Source: Vicugna vicugna
Lineage: Eukaryota
NCBI GenBank assembly: GCA_013265495.1
Contig: MU057947.1
Coordinates: forward strand, 630,048-694,047
Direction of reading: 5' to 3'
DNA: 64,000 nucleotides
Every line of letters begins with the position of its first letter. The first letter of the stretch is position 1. Position numbers and translations under genes: made by a program. The notes beneath the pieces were generated by a model. It was not told the origin of the DNA. It saw nothing but the letters and a program-made list of their open reading frames with translations, and searched no databases. Shown here in pieces: positions 10,656 through 22,750 of the stretch.

Positions 10656-13600
10656 TTGAACAAAAATGGCAGGAGATGGCATCCTTGTCTCGTTCTTCAT
10701 CCTAGAGAAAAAGCTTTCAGCTTCTGCCGTTGAGTAAGATGGTAGCTGTGGGCTTGTCACGTACGACCTGACTTATATCAAGGTTCATTCCCTCTACACC
10801 CACTTACAGAGAGTTGAAAGTTTTTATCATAAACAGGTATTGAATTTTGTCGATGCCTTTTCTGCATCTATCAAGATGATCGCATGATCTCTATCCTTCC
10901 TTTTATGGAAGTGGTATATTACATGGACTGATTTCAGACAATCCTTACATCCCTGGAATAAATCCTGCTTGCTCATAGCATCTGGTCCTTTTAATGTGTT
11001 GTTGAGTCCAGTTTGATTTTATTTTGTTGAGGATTTTTGCATCTACATTCATTAGGGATATTGGCCTGTGGTTTTCTTTCCCTATGATATCCTCATCTGG
11101 TTTTATCCTCATCGGGGTAATGTTGCCCTCACAAAATGAGTTTGCATGAGTTCCCTCCTCTTCTATTTTTGGGAGGAGTTTGAGAAGAATTTGTATTGAT
11201 TCTTCTTTGAATGTTTGGCAGAACTCACCAGTGAAGCCCTCTGGTCCTGGATGACTGTTTGTTGAGAGGTTTTTATTACTGGTTCATCTCCTTACTAGTA
11301 ATTGGTTTGTTCAGATTTTCTGTTTCATCCTGAGTTAGTGTTGGTGAGTTGTATGTTTTTAGGGATGTTTCCGTTTCCTTTAAGTTGTCCCCTTGGTTGG
11401 CATGTCATTGTTCAGAGCGGTCTCCCGTGATTCCTTGTGTGTCTGTGTTACCGATGGTAGTAGCTCCTCTTTCATTCTGATTTTACTCATTTAGTTCTCT
11501 TTTCTCTTGGTGAGTCTAGCTAAGTTTGTCAGTTTTGTTCCTCTTTTCAGAGAACCAGGTCTTAGTTTCATTGATCGTTTCTATTGCCTTTTTAGTCTCT
11601 ATTTCACTTATTTCTGCTCTAGTAATTATCTCCTTCCCTCTGCTAATTTGGGCTGCTATTTTTCTTCTTTTTCTAGTTCCTTGAGGTGTAAAGTTAGGTT
11701 GTTTAAGACTTTTCCTGTTTCTTGGGGTAGACGTTTATCACTATGAACTTCCCACTTGGAATCGCTTTTGCTGCATCCCATAAATTTGGGTACATTAAAT
11801 TTTCATTTTCATGTGTCTCAAGGTATTCTTTGATTGCTCTTTTGATTTCTTCTTTGATCCATTGGTTGTTCAGTAACTTGGTTAATTTCCACATATGTGT
11901 GGGTTTTCCAGTTTTCTTCCTGTAATTAATTTCTCATTTTATACCACTGTGGTCAGAAAATATGCTTGATCTGGTTTCAGTCCTCTTAAATTAAGACTTA
12001 TTTTGTGGCCTAACATATGATCTATCTTGGAAAATGTTCCATGTCTGCTTGAGAAGTATGTGCATTCTGTTGCTTTTGGATGGAATGTTCCATAAACATC
12101 TGCTAAGTCCGTCTGGTCTGACATGGCATTCAAGGCTGATGCTTCCTTATTGCACTTCTGTCTGGATGGTCTGTTCATTGATGTAAGTGGGGAATTAAAG
12201 TCCTCTTGCTGTTACTGCATTGCTATTTTCCCCTTTCGGTCTGTTAATGTCAGCTTTATATATTTAGAAGCTCCTACATTGGGTGCATAAATATTTTCTG
12301 TTGGACTGACCTCCGTGTCATTATATAATAACATTGTCTCGTTACAGCCTTTGTTTTAAAGTCTATTTTGTCTAAGTGTAGCTACTCCAGCTTTCTTTTG
12401 GTTTTCATTGCAAAGAATCTCTCTCCCCATTCCTTCACTTTCAGTCTGCGTGAGTCCTTCCATCTAAAATGAGTCTCTTGTAGGCGGCATACAGATGAGT
12501 CTTGGTTTTTGGATGCATCCAGCCGCTCTCTGCCTTTTGGTCAGAGCGTTTGGTATGTTCACATATAAAGTCATTATTGGCAGGTTAGTGCTTGATGCCA
12601 TTTTGTTCATCTTTTCAGCTGTCTTGTAGCTCCTCTCTGCTCCTCTCTTCTACGTGTTCTCTTCCTCTGAGGTTTGGCGACGCTCTTTAGTAGCACGCTT
12701 ACATTTCTTGTGTATTTTCCACAGGTTTTGCTTTTCCGGTTACCATGAGGCTTACACGTAACTTATGTCTGTAACAGTCTCTTTTAGGTTGATAAGACTT
12801 TGATCCTGTTGTAAAGCTCAACATTATTACTCTTCCTTCTTCATTTTTTTGTTTTTGATGTCATGTTTTACATCTTTTTACCTTGTATATCCCTTAACTA
12901 GTTATTTTAAGCACAGTTATTTTTACTACTTTTGTGTCTCAACCTTTGTACTAGCTTTACAGGTGATTAATTCACTACCTTTACCATGTCTTTACTTTTC
13001 CAATGAGATGTATTCTTTTATATGTGTTCTTGTTACTAATTATTGCCTTTTATGTTTAGCTTAGAGAAGCCCCTTTAACCTTCCTTGTAAGGCCAGTGTA
13101 GTGCTGATGGTGTCTGTTAGCTTTTTCTTCTCTGGGAAACTCTTAACCTCTCCTTCAATTCTGAATGATAATCTTGCTGGGTAGAAAATTCTTGGTTGGA
13201 CCTTTTTTTTTTTTTTACTCTTAGCACTTTGAATATATCCTGCCAGTCCCTTCTGGCCTGCAGAGTTTCTGCACAGAATCTGCTGAGAGTCTTACAAGGG
13301 TTCTCTCTTTTTTTTTTTTTTTCCTTGCTGCTTTTAATATTTTCTCCTTGTCTTTAACTTTTGACAGTTTAATTAGAGTGTGTCTTGGTGTAGGTCTCTT
13401 TGGTTTCCTCTCATGTGGAGTTCTCTGGGCTTTCCAGGTCTCAGTGTGTATGCCCTTCCCTAGGTTAGGGAAATTTTCAGCCATTATTTCCTCAAAGAAG
13501 ACTTCTGCCCCTTTCTCTCCTCTGCTTCTGGGAGCCCTATGATGTGAATGTTAGGCCATTTAATGTTGTTTTGTGTTCCCGTAAGCTATTTTCACTTTTT

Positions 13601-13740
13601 CTCCATTCTGTTTTCTTTTCACTGCTCTGATTGCATGAACTTCCCTGTCTTCAGGTTGACTGATCCTTTCTTCTGTTTCATCTAGTCTGTTGTTGAAACC
13701 CTCTCATGTGTTTTTCAGTTTGGATAGTTTTGTTTTAGTC
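10656..13740 (-). mobile_element. LINE-1 5' portion: ORF1, endonuclease and pre-RT ORF2, degraded
   Basis: ORF1 MAENFPNL...PTPRHTLIKLSKVKDKEKILKAARKK (13221..13484); ORF2 EN DVYGTFHPKATECTYFSSRHGTFSKIDHMLGHK; LLNNQWIKEEIK..NLWDAAKA. Confidence 0.93.
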
Positions 13741-16700
13741 ATTACCCTGGGTGTGGTGTGGGTTTGGAGATGCTGAGCAGACATGGAAGAGCCAGTTACT
13801 AGCCCATCACAGTGGCCCAGGCGAAAGATGAGAGGAGGTTGACAGGAGTGGGGTCCGGAAGTGGACAGATTGGGGAATTAGTTGGGAATTAAAAACGAGA
13901 GACCCTGTGATTACACAGGAGCCATGGAAGGACGGGCAGCAGGGGCCTCGCGCCCCTGGCTTGTATAAAGGTGGCAGCAGAGCGCTCACAGGAATAGGGA
14001 ACTTGGCAGGAGCCAGGCTGTGGAGGGTGGGCGCCGTCATCATCTCCCAGCGTCTGGAAGCCAAGCAGGCACACGGGTGGGGTCTGTGGAGAAGCACAGG
14101 CCGGAGATACGGATTGAGAGCAGTTGCCTTATAGCTGGTGACGCAGGCCATGGGCCTTCGCGGGCACCTGGGACAGGAGCATAGAGGCAGGCGGGGGACA
14201 GCGTTGAAGGGATGAGGAGTGGGCAGTGCTGTCAGAGGCAGGATAGTCGGTGGGATGGGGACGCCAGAACCCATTTTCAGCTGGCACCACCCCCCTCACG
14301 GGGACATCCATTAGGTCCCCTACCCTCAAACCAGAAGTTGGTGTCAGTGCCTCTTGGCATGCCAGGGTTTAAAGGGTGGGCAGTGGTCTGCGGTAGCCCC
14401 TGGGAGGTGACAGCCAGGCTGAGTGCTGTGTGACCACTGCCTGGCACACGCAGAGCCCCCGCTGACTCAGCAGGGTCATGTCTCACCACCTGCATGGACG
14501 GAGCCCCATCCGTCCAGAGCCCAGAGCAGCCCAGAGCCCCGGGGGAGGCCGGGGCTGAGTCTCTATCCTCCGGGTGAGAGCCAAGGCATGGCAGGCTGTC
14601 CACAGTGAAGGACCAGGGGTAAGAGAAACTATGGCTGCGCCAGGTGTGTAATCTGTGCTCACTTAGACAGTGCTCTCAGTGAAAGCGCACTCCTTCAGCA
14701 CACGCCCTCCAGCGATGAGTGTCCAAGCGGCTGGAATCACCAGGAATGTACGTTTGTGAGGGTTCGGGCCACATCAGGCTGTGCGTGGAGGCTGCAGCTG
14801 GAGTTTGGTTCTATTTAATAGGAAATAAGCGTTTGATAATTATAATCATTTTTAAATTGATAAATTGCTTCTTTTAAATAAAAGAAACCATTAAGACTGA
14901 CTGTTCTGCAAAAGAAGTACATGGGGAAATGAAATTTTCTATCTCACGGGGAATTTCTTGGTAAATATGCAAGCAGATGCATGCATTAAATTAAGATGAC
15001 AGAAGTAAAACAGTCTCCTGTACCTTTTAAGCATAGAGAGTGCATTCTACACAGCATGGAACAGAGTAAGTAACAGATACTGGGCACCATGAGTATTTTT
15101 TCTTTTGCAAAAACACTGAAAAACAGTTATTACTTGGAGCCTTCAAAATCTTTATTTCAGTGAGTGTCCCAGATACTGGTGGCCACTGCCCTGGTAGGTA
15201 AGCAGGGGCACCAGAGTGGTTCCCTTTGTTGGTGGGTGAGTGATGGCTGTCTGCAGACAGACTTGCTGGTGCTGCGGCCTGGGCCCTGGTCCCCGGCGTC
15301 CCTGGTGGTGCAGAGACCCGCAGACTCCAGTGCCCACGGGCACTGAGAGGTGCTTTCCATGAAATAGGCATATTTTTTTTTTAATTTTAATCTGTGTATT
15401 TTCACTTTTAGCTTTACTGTATTTGCTTTATGGTTTTTCTCCTGTGATTTATCTCTATTTCCTATTCTCTGTGTTAACTTTAGCTGTTTCTGTAATACCA
15501 CTTTCTTTCTGGACTGACTGAGTTGCCCTCGCTGACTATGGTCAGTCTTCCTGGTATCTAAGATTACACTGAGTCATCAGATCCCTAACCTCTCTGTTGA
15601 TCCCTATGCTGTGGAGAACAGTCGGCCCAGGGTTTTCACAGACACGCCTCATCTCCTTGCTGTCCTGAAAGGGAATAGTAAGTGCACTTGCTCTCCGAGC
15701 AGGACCCAGGTCTGGGGCATGGAGAGAAAATCACGTGTAGCCTGAAATCCAGGCCCAGGCTCTCCACGTCACCTTTGTGAGCTGCCCTGCTCCTCCCCGC
15801 TCCCCAACAGGCAGTCTCCACAAAGCACCTGTCTCCTGGTCCAGCTCGGGCACCGATCAGGGGCCTTCCCTTGTCCCCGTGCACGTGCGAACGTTGTACT
15901 GCGGGATTCACCGGCCACTGAGTGCTTGTCTGTAGGGGGCAGCAGGGCCTCGCTCCCTGGGCTGGTGGCAGTGAGGTCGCGGGGCCCTGGGCCAGCGAAG
16001 GATGCTGGCTGGGCCGGGACCAGTGAGCGTCAGGCTGGGTCTGGGCTCTGGGTTCCTGGCACCGTGAATCCACCCAGGAGCCCTCTGCCCCCAGACGAGG
16101 CCGGCGGAAGCCATCAGAGGCATGGCAATAAATTCGGATTCTCTGGGTGTCCGCAGGTCATCGTTGCAATTATGGCAATGAGCTGTGAGGTCATAAAGTC
16201 CCCCTGACAGTTGAGACCTCCGGGGGGGGCTTCACATCTCTGTGTCCCGGGAGCCACCTCTCCCCACCCCCCACCCTTTCCTTCCTAGCAAAATGTCCCA
16301 TTCTCCTCCCGCCCAAGGCCCCCATGTTTCCAGTCACGACTCTCGGAGGCATGTCTGAGGACCCCGTTGTCCCAGGACAGCTCACAGCAGCAGGGCTGAG
16401 ACACCTGGCCCCCAGGACTGTGCTGACTTCTGTCCCAGGGCCTGGTAACTGTCCGGGTCACCCATCCTTTGGGGACTGGCTCTCGGGTGCACTGAGAGCC
16501 CTTTTCTGCCACTGGGCCTGGCTCCAGGCAGTGGGAGTCCCCTTGTCCTCGTCTTGGTGGCTTCTGTGTGCTCTGGCCTCGGGGCTCGTGCCCTGGACGC
16601 CAGGAGGTGCTCTTCCAAAGTGAAGAATACTGCCTGTGGGACCTGGCCGAGGATGTGGCATTCCCTGACGCGGAGAGGGTTCACCTTTGAGAGTCGACGC

Positions 16701-17069
16701 CGCAGCCTCACAGGCGGGGGCGTCTTCCACGCAGGCTGCCTGCTCCAGGAAGGCCTGTTTGTTGTGGTGGTTTTGACTGTTGAATCTTCCTTGACATATT
16801 TTTAATGTTTTCAGATGCCTCCAGGGGAAATCCCCAACTCCTGGGCGTTGTCAGGGGCCTTCGCCCGCAGGCCCTCTCCTCGTGTCTGTCTCAGGCTGTG
16901 GTCTGTACCTGGCCAGCACACACCCCTTCTGGGAACAGGGCACGTGCTCTCTGCTTCCCAGGATCTGAAACTCTTCCCACTTCTGCTGCACCCTGAGCCC
17001 TCGATCCCTAGAGAATGTCCTCTCACCACCCCCACCCAGGACCCCTTCCCTGATCTTAGCCCCCAGACT

Positions 17070-17600
17070 CAGCCACATGACACAGTGTGGATGCATCTAA
17101 AGGGCCTTACACTGAATAAAGAAATCAGCCCGAAAAAGTATGATTTTATTTCTATAACACTCTGGAAAGGACAGACTTAACGCTGATCGAGAGCAGGTCT
17201 GTGGTTGTCTGGGACCAGAACTGGAGGAACGTGTGACTATAGGTGGGTCAACAGGGAGTGACTGCAGGTGACACAGCATTGCCATGTCTCTCTTGGGTTG
17301 TAGGTGAATCTAAATGTTTAATAAAATTGCATTTACAAAAATTAAAACCCATTTTAAACCTTCATAAAAAATGAAAATTTAAATTTAAAAAAATAAGTGA
17401 AAGCTGGTGACATCCAAACAAGATAGGAGTTTAGTTACCAGCACTGTGCCCACGGCAGCTGCCTGGTCCCGACCACGTCCCGCGACGTCCCGCAGGTGTC
17501 ACTGGGGGAGCTGAGTGCAGGGCGCTCGGGAACTATCTTCACCACCTTAGCAATTTCCTGTGAATCTTCAGTTATTTCAGGATAAAAATTTTTCTTAAAA
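17070..17600 (+). mobile_element. Old LINE-1 3'UTR fragment (L1MC/MD-like)
   Basis: gtggatgcatctaaagggccttacactgaataaag...gcaatttcctgtgaatcttcagttatttcaggataaaaa, typical of L1M 3' ends. Confidence 0.65.
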
Positions 17601-20600
17601 TCTGTTCCTACCACATAGGAGTTTTTAAAGTAAAAGAAGACCTGGGTGGAAGGGTCGGGGATGGTACTGACTGTGCTGCGGCGAATCTGGGAGTTCTCGG
17701 GTGTGGACGTGGGGGTGGGGCCGAGCTGTTCTCGGGGCCGGAGCAGGCCCCGGAGCTAAAAGATAACCCCCCCACACACAACAAGTTAGAGAAGGAAGGA
17801 CACGTCTAAGCTGGGAAAGTGCGGCTGAAGCTGACGCTGCTCTCATGACTCTTTGGCTGAGGCCCGGTGTCTTAATGACTTCAAAACCGGATCCAGAACA
17901 GCCCGACAGAAAACGTCCAAATGAGTGTTAGGCTTCCACACCCACACAGCTTCCAGCAACATGCGGGCATGAAATGTGGGAAGCTTCCCCTAACAGTGAT
18001 CATATTTGAAACTTCACACTTTCTTGGATTCAGTCTGTTATTGACAGTATTATATTTTAACTCGAGAACGTGTCTGTTCTGTGCACACTGCCTTGGCTTG
18101 TGAGAGCGCCCACGGTACACCCTGGCGTCGGGTCTCCTGTCGTGGGGACTTAGACAGAGGACAGCAGTGAGTGACTCCTGCCAGTCAAGGAACTTCCACT
18201 GCAGCCCCACTTGAATAGTAATAATCTGCTCCTGTAATTGCTGTGGAAGAGGAAAAGCCTCTGGAGGTTTTACATCTAATCATTTATTTATAAATCTGTG
18301 GATGGCAGTCTGCAGAACCCGCGTCGGGGGTCAACTTTGTGCTCAAAACAGTTGCCTGATGTTTACATTTCACAGTGTATTTTTTTAACAGCACCTCCAC
18401 CCACATGATCACAGAAGGACCCGGCTTGCTGGTAGCTGCTCTGTGCCTTGTCCCACGGCCCAGCCACTTCATTACAGACGCCGCGGCAGGGCCGTTCCCC
18501 TCTGCATTCGCTGAAATATGCATGTTTTTCCATCTCATTAGTTCAGTCTACATACAATTAATTTTTGCCTATTAATAAACCCCTTGGTGTTAGTGACAGC
18601 TATCTAACCCACTTCACCCAGCGTGGGGGGGAAAGGGGCACCTGCAGATTTCCACCCTTCGTCTGCGCTTTCGTTGTGGTGTCTGTGGGCTGAAGGCTGT
18701 TGGTGCATAAATCAGCCATTGCGAGGAAATGCAGGCTGCTGGAGAATCTGTCTTTGGACTGGCTGATGGGAAATACTGGCTCCACGAGTGTTGGGGATGG
18801 AGATTTAGGGGAACCATCCTGGCTTATTGGGGTGTCAGGCCACGGGAAATTGGTTGGAGCCTGAATGTGAGATAGATGACCTCTCTTTCTACGAATCTAA
18901 ATCCTCGCCTAATTTGGACACCTCTCAACGGGCGTCTGTGTTTTCAGATTTCATAATTTCTTTTTTTTTAAAATCTAATTAAATCTATGGATGCAAACAG
19001 GTGACTGGGCATGTGATAACTACTCCTAGTGATCGCAGTGAAAAAGCAGAGGAAAATACGCAAGCTCACAACGCAGCCTTGACACTGGAGGGGGCGTCAC
19101 CTCTTTTGAGGACTTACACGGGAAGGCAGGAAGTTGCCCGTGCTCCTGGCTTTGCTCTGTCCTCTTATCCCCCCTGTCGAGGACAGGTCTTTGCCGCAGT
19201 GAGCTTTTCTCAGTTCAGCAGGACCAGCGAGGAGGACACGCGCGCTCGTACACGGGTGTTGGGAACCTTAGACCTCTGGTGTGGGGTCGTAAAACGTACA
19301 GTTACCAGTCACAACAAGAGTCACTCAGGAAATCCGAATGTGGGGCGCCTGGAAGTTGCTGGAGTAACTGGATTCTTTCTAAGGGACTTGCATCGTGAGT
19401 GCGAAGCAGGAGTTCTGTGTCAGGCCCGAGTAGCTGGTGAACTTATCCGTGGGAAAGGCTTTAGCGTGCCTGTCCTGGTAAATCTGTAAGAGTGATGTCA
19501 CAGGAAGGTTTCCAGATCGTTCTGTGGGAAGATTCGGCCAACGTCATTGGTCGGCTAAATTGGAAGCAGGTGTCTGAAGTCCCATAAACGATTCAATTTG
19601 CTGGTCTTCACAGAAGCCATATACATCAGATTTATCAGCTGTAATGATTAACAAGACTATTTCATAGGAATGTGTTACGGCTTCAGTGAGACCATTGGGT
19701 TCGGTTACTGAAGATCAGATGTGACATCTTGGCGTCTGCCGAAGCTCCCTGACCTTGCCGGGTCCCAGCAGCCGCCAGTCCTGCCCTTTCACACCTCGTT
19801 TAGCACCTTTTGACATCTTCCCGTGCTCTTGGGGTGCAGACGAGGCTTGTCCCCCAAGGCCTGCCGGCCCCTCTCTCCCTCTCACCCCCGGCTCACGACC
19901 ACTGGGGCCTCGCTGGTGCGTCCTGGTCTCCCTGTGCGGGCTCCTCCCCTGGGCCCAGGCACCCCGACTTCCCCTCTTCCACAAGGCATGCTTTCCATGA
20001 CTAAACGGTGCAAACAGGGGACCCGTTCAGGAGCCTGCACAGGGCGTGGACGGGCTAACACGAGGCGTCTTCAGATGCTGAATTTCAAGCCCCTGAGCCT
20101 GCTTTGAGCTCCTTCAGAGAAAGTCACAGAAGCAGCACCTAATCATTACACGATGTCTGACGGAGAAACTGTGAGTCAGTCGGCTTCTGAGATGAGCAGG
20201 GAAACCTCACGGAGAGAGGAACGCCTTCCGTTCCTGACGGGCGTCTGCACGGGCAGCGCTGCGTCTCTAGCTTGTTGGACAAGAAGCGTTTCTATTTCTC
20301 TTACTTACGCAGAACAGGAGGTCGTCGTTCCCTCGTTTTGAGGATAAACCCTTGCTTCCCCCTCACCCTTGATTATTCTTGAGCTGAAGACCACGCTCAG
20401 GGCCAGATGTGCTCGGCAACCTTCCATCGCCCTGGCTTCCGCCGCTTCTTAACGTCGGTTATGAAGAAAGTCGCTCCTCCGGTTTCTGGAGTTTATTTAA
20501 GTCCCTGAGAAGATTGGTGGCTCTTCAGACTTAACGTCTGAAGCAGCAGAAACAGACATCAGGTGGCACTGGGGTCTGGGGCTAAGGGAACCAGGCACAT

Positions 20601-22549
20601 TCTTCTAAAAGTGACAGTCTTTATGCTGCTGTTAATAAACGCATTCAGGACAAAGACAGGGATCTCCAGCTGTGACTCAGCTTCCGGCTGCCGTGGAGGT
20701 GGGCCTGGAGGTGAGATGGGAAGGCGGCACAGGCCTTGGCTTCGTCACTGTGTTGAGGGCTGCCTGTCCTGGGTGGTGGGTGCTCTCTGCCTGGTCCTGG
20801 GAGAACCCCTGAGCACGTGCTCGTTCGGGGGCCCCGGGAGCGGGTTTGCAGAGTGTGATGATGGGGGACGGAGAGAGAAGCGAGGACGCGGTCTGGGCAG
20901 ATGCTGGCAGCTTCTGTACCCAGATGTGGGTGCAGCCGAGGAGAGTTCTATGGGGACCTGCCTGTGGACTCTCCCAGGCGCGCGGCTCCCTCCCTGCTGT
21001 GCTGGTGGAGGAGATCCTGCCTGTCCTCGGTCGGGCTGTATTTACCCCTCTTTCCATCCCCTCAGCCGCTGGCACAGGGCCTGCAAACAGCAGGCAGGTG
21101 GCAAGCACTGATGCGCTGAGGAGTAGACACCGATGAGGGAGACAGCCTTTGCCTCGGAAGAGGGCGGGCTGTGGGGTCATCAGCCCTCGGGAGCGCCCCT
21201 CGGTCCCCTGCAGTGCGGGGACACACTGGTTAGGAATCACAGAGCTTTGTTTTTGTTTTTAGAAAAAAAGCATCTGTTTCTTTTTGAGCCTTTGTTTCTT
21301 AATATGTTCAACATTTCTAGTGGATTTTATTTCACTTCTTGTATGTGTTTTATTTCACTTTTTTCCCATAAAACTTTTAATTGAAAGTGGCAAGCCGGGT
21401 ACTTTGCAGTTTTTCCAAGCTTAGGAGTTCAGCTCCAGGCCCCACCACTCCCGGAGTTTCTAGTTTGGTTCTTGGAAAATAGGAGTTCTTGTTTTCATCA
21501 CATACATACCAGTTCGCGGGAAGATGTTCCATCCTAAGAAACTAGGAGTGAGGGGGGCGTGGGTACCAGAAGGGACAGTAGCTCCGGAGTTGTATTTATT
21601 TTCAGTTCCAACTTCTTTAATTCTTTAAAACGTTTGGAGAGGAGAGGAGTGTGGATTAACGCAAGCATGTGCCCCCTTTCCTGGACACAGTCTGTTTTCC
21701 TGGGTAACTTCATCAGCCCTTTTGGAGACACTGTGCACCCAAGCAGGGGCCGTGTCTCTTGAAAGTGTCGAGAAGACTTTGGGCTGAGCTCCGATCGCAC
21801 CCCAATCAGCCCAGCCACCAGCTGACGAGCGTGCCCTCAGCTGCCTGTGCTTCCCAAGGCAAAAGAGACGAGGGGGGTAGGAAGCAGCAAAGACCAGCCG
21901 TGTTCCCAGGGGTTTCCAAGGTGATGGGTAGGGGCATCTCAGCACCATCGTTAACCGCGGTGGGGAAATGGGAGGGAGAAAGCTGCGCTTGGCGTGGCGT
22001 GGCGATGGAGGGGATGACCAACATCCAGAAGGCCGTGCAGAGCCGGCGCTGGGTGGGGAGGAGCCTCGGGGCAGCAGGCCGGCTGTCACCTACAGGCCCA
22101 TGCCTAGTGACCCGGGAGCTGTGAGAGTCCACGCAGAACCCCGGACAGCGAGGCGGGAGGAGGGGCTGGGGAAGGATGCCGCGGAGGGTATGAGGGGAGA
22201 AAGGGCAGCATTGAGAGGTGCTCAAGGACCAGAGACTGAGGCAGGGACACGGACGGGGTGGGGCGCACGCAGCCCTGGAGAGGACTGTCCCCACGGCCTG
22301 CGGGTTTTCAGATGAGATCGCGGGGGAGGGGCAGAGAAGTTTGAGAACCAAAGGAAGTCGGCATAAAGAACAAGAGCCCCCGGGCTGGAGGGGTGCAGGG
22401 AGCTCTGTACCCAGATGGGACCAGAGCGCTGCCGGCAGGTGGACCAGCTTCTCTGCGGAAGGAGTTGCCTCCGAGCTCATGTCTGTTGATCTGCCACCTG
22501 GACTGAAGGTGTTACGCCAGGTGCCAGAGGCCGGTGCTCAGGTTAAGCA

Positions 22550-22750
22550 GGGCTTTGGGCTTAGTCCCTGCTCTGCCACCCCTCAGCCGTGTTGTGGCCT
22601 GGGGTGGGCGCATCCCTTCGGCACCGGTTTCCTCATCCGTAAAGCCAGGATCCACATATTCACCTCGTGCGTTGTGATGAGGATGAAACCTGAGCACCGA
22701 GCACGATGCCCCATGGAAGGTCCCGCAGGTGCTCAGCAGACGTCAGCCCC
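22550..22750 (+). mobile_element. MIR SINE (degraded, GC-shifted)
   Basis: tccctgctctgccacc...ggtttcctcatccgtaaa...gttgtgatgaggatgaaa core. Confidence 0.75.

Noticed and set aside
19200..19700. Possible ancient CR1/L3 remnant or coding ORF 19001..19489
   Set aside because: I could not recover any RT motif or recognisable protein by eye; needs a Dfam search.
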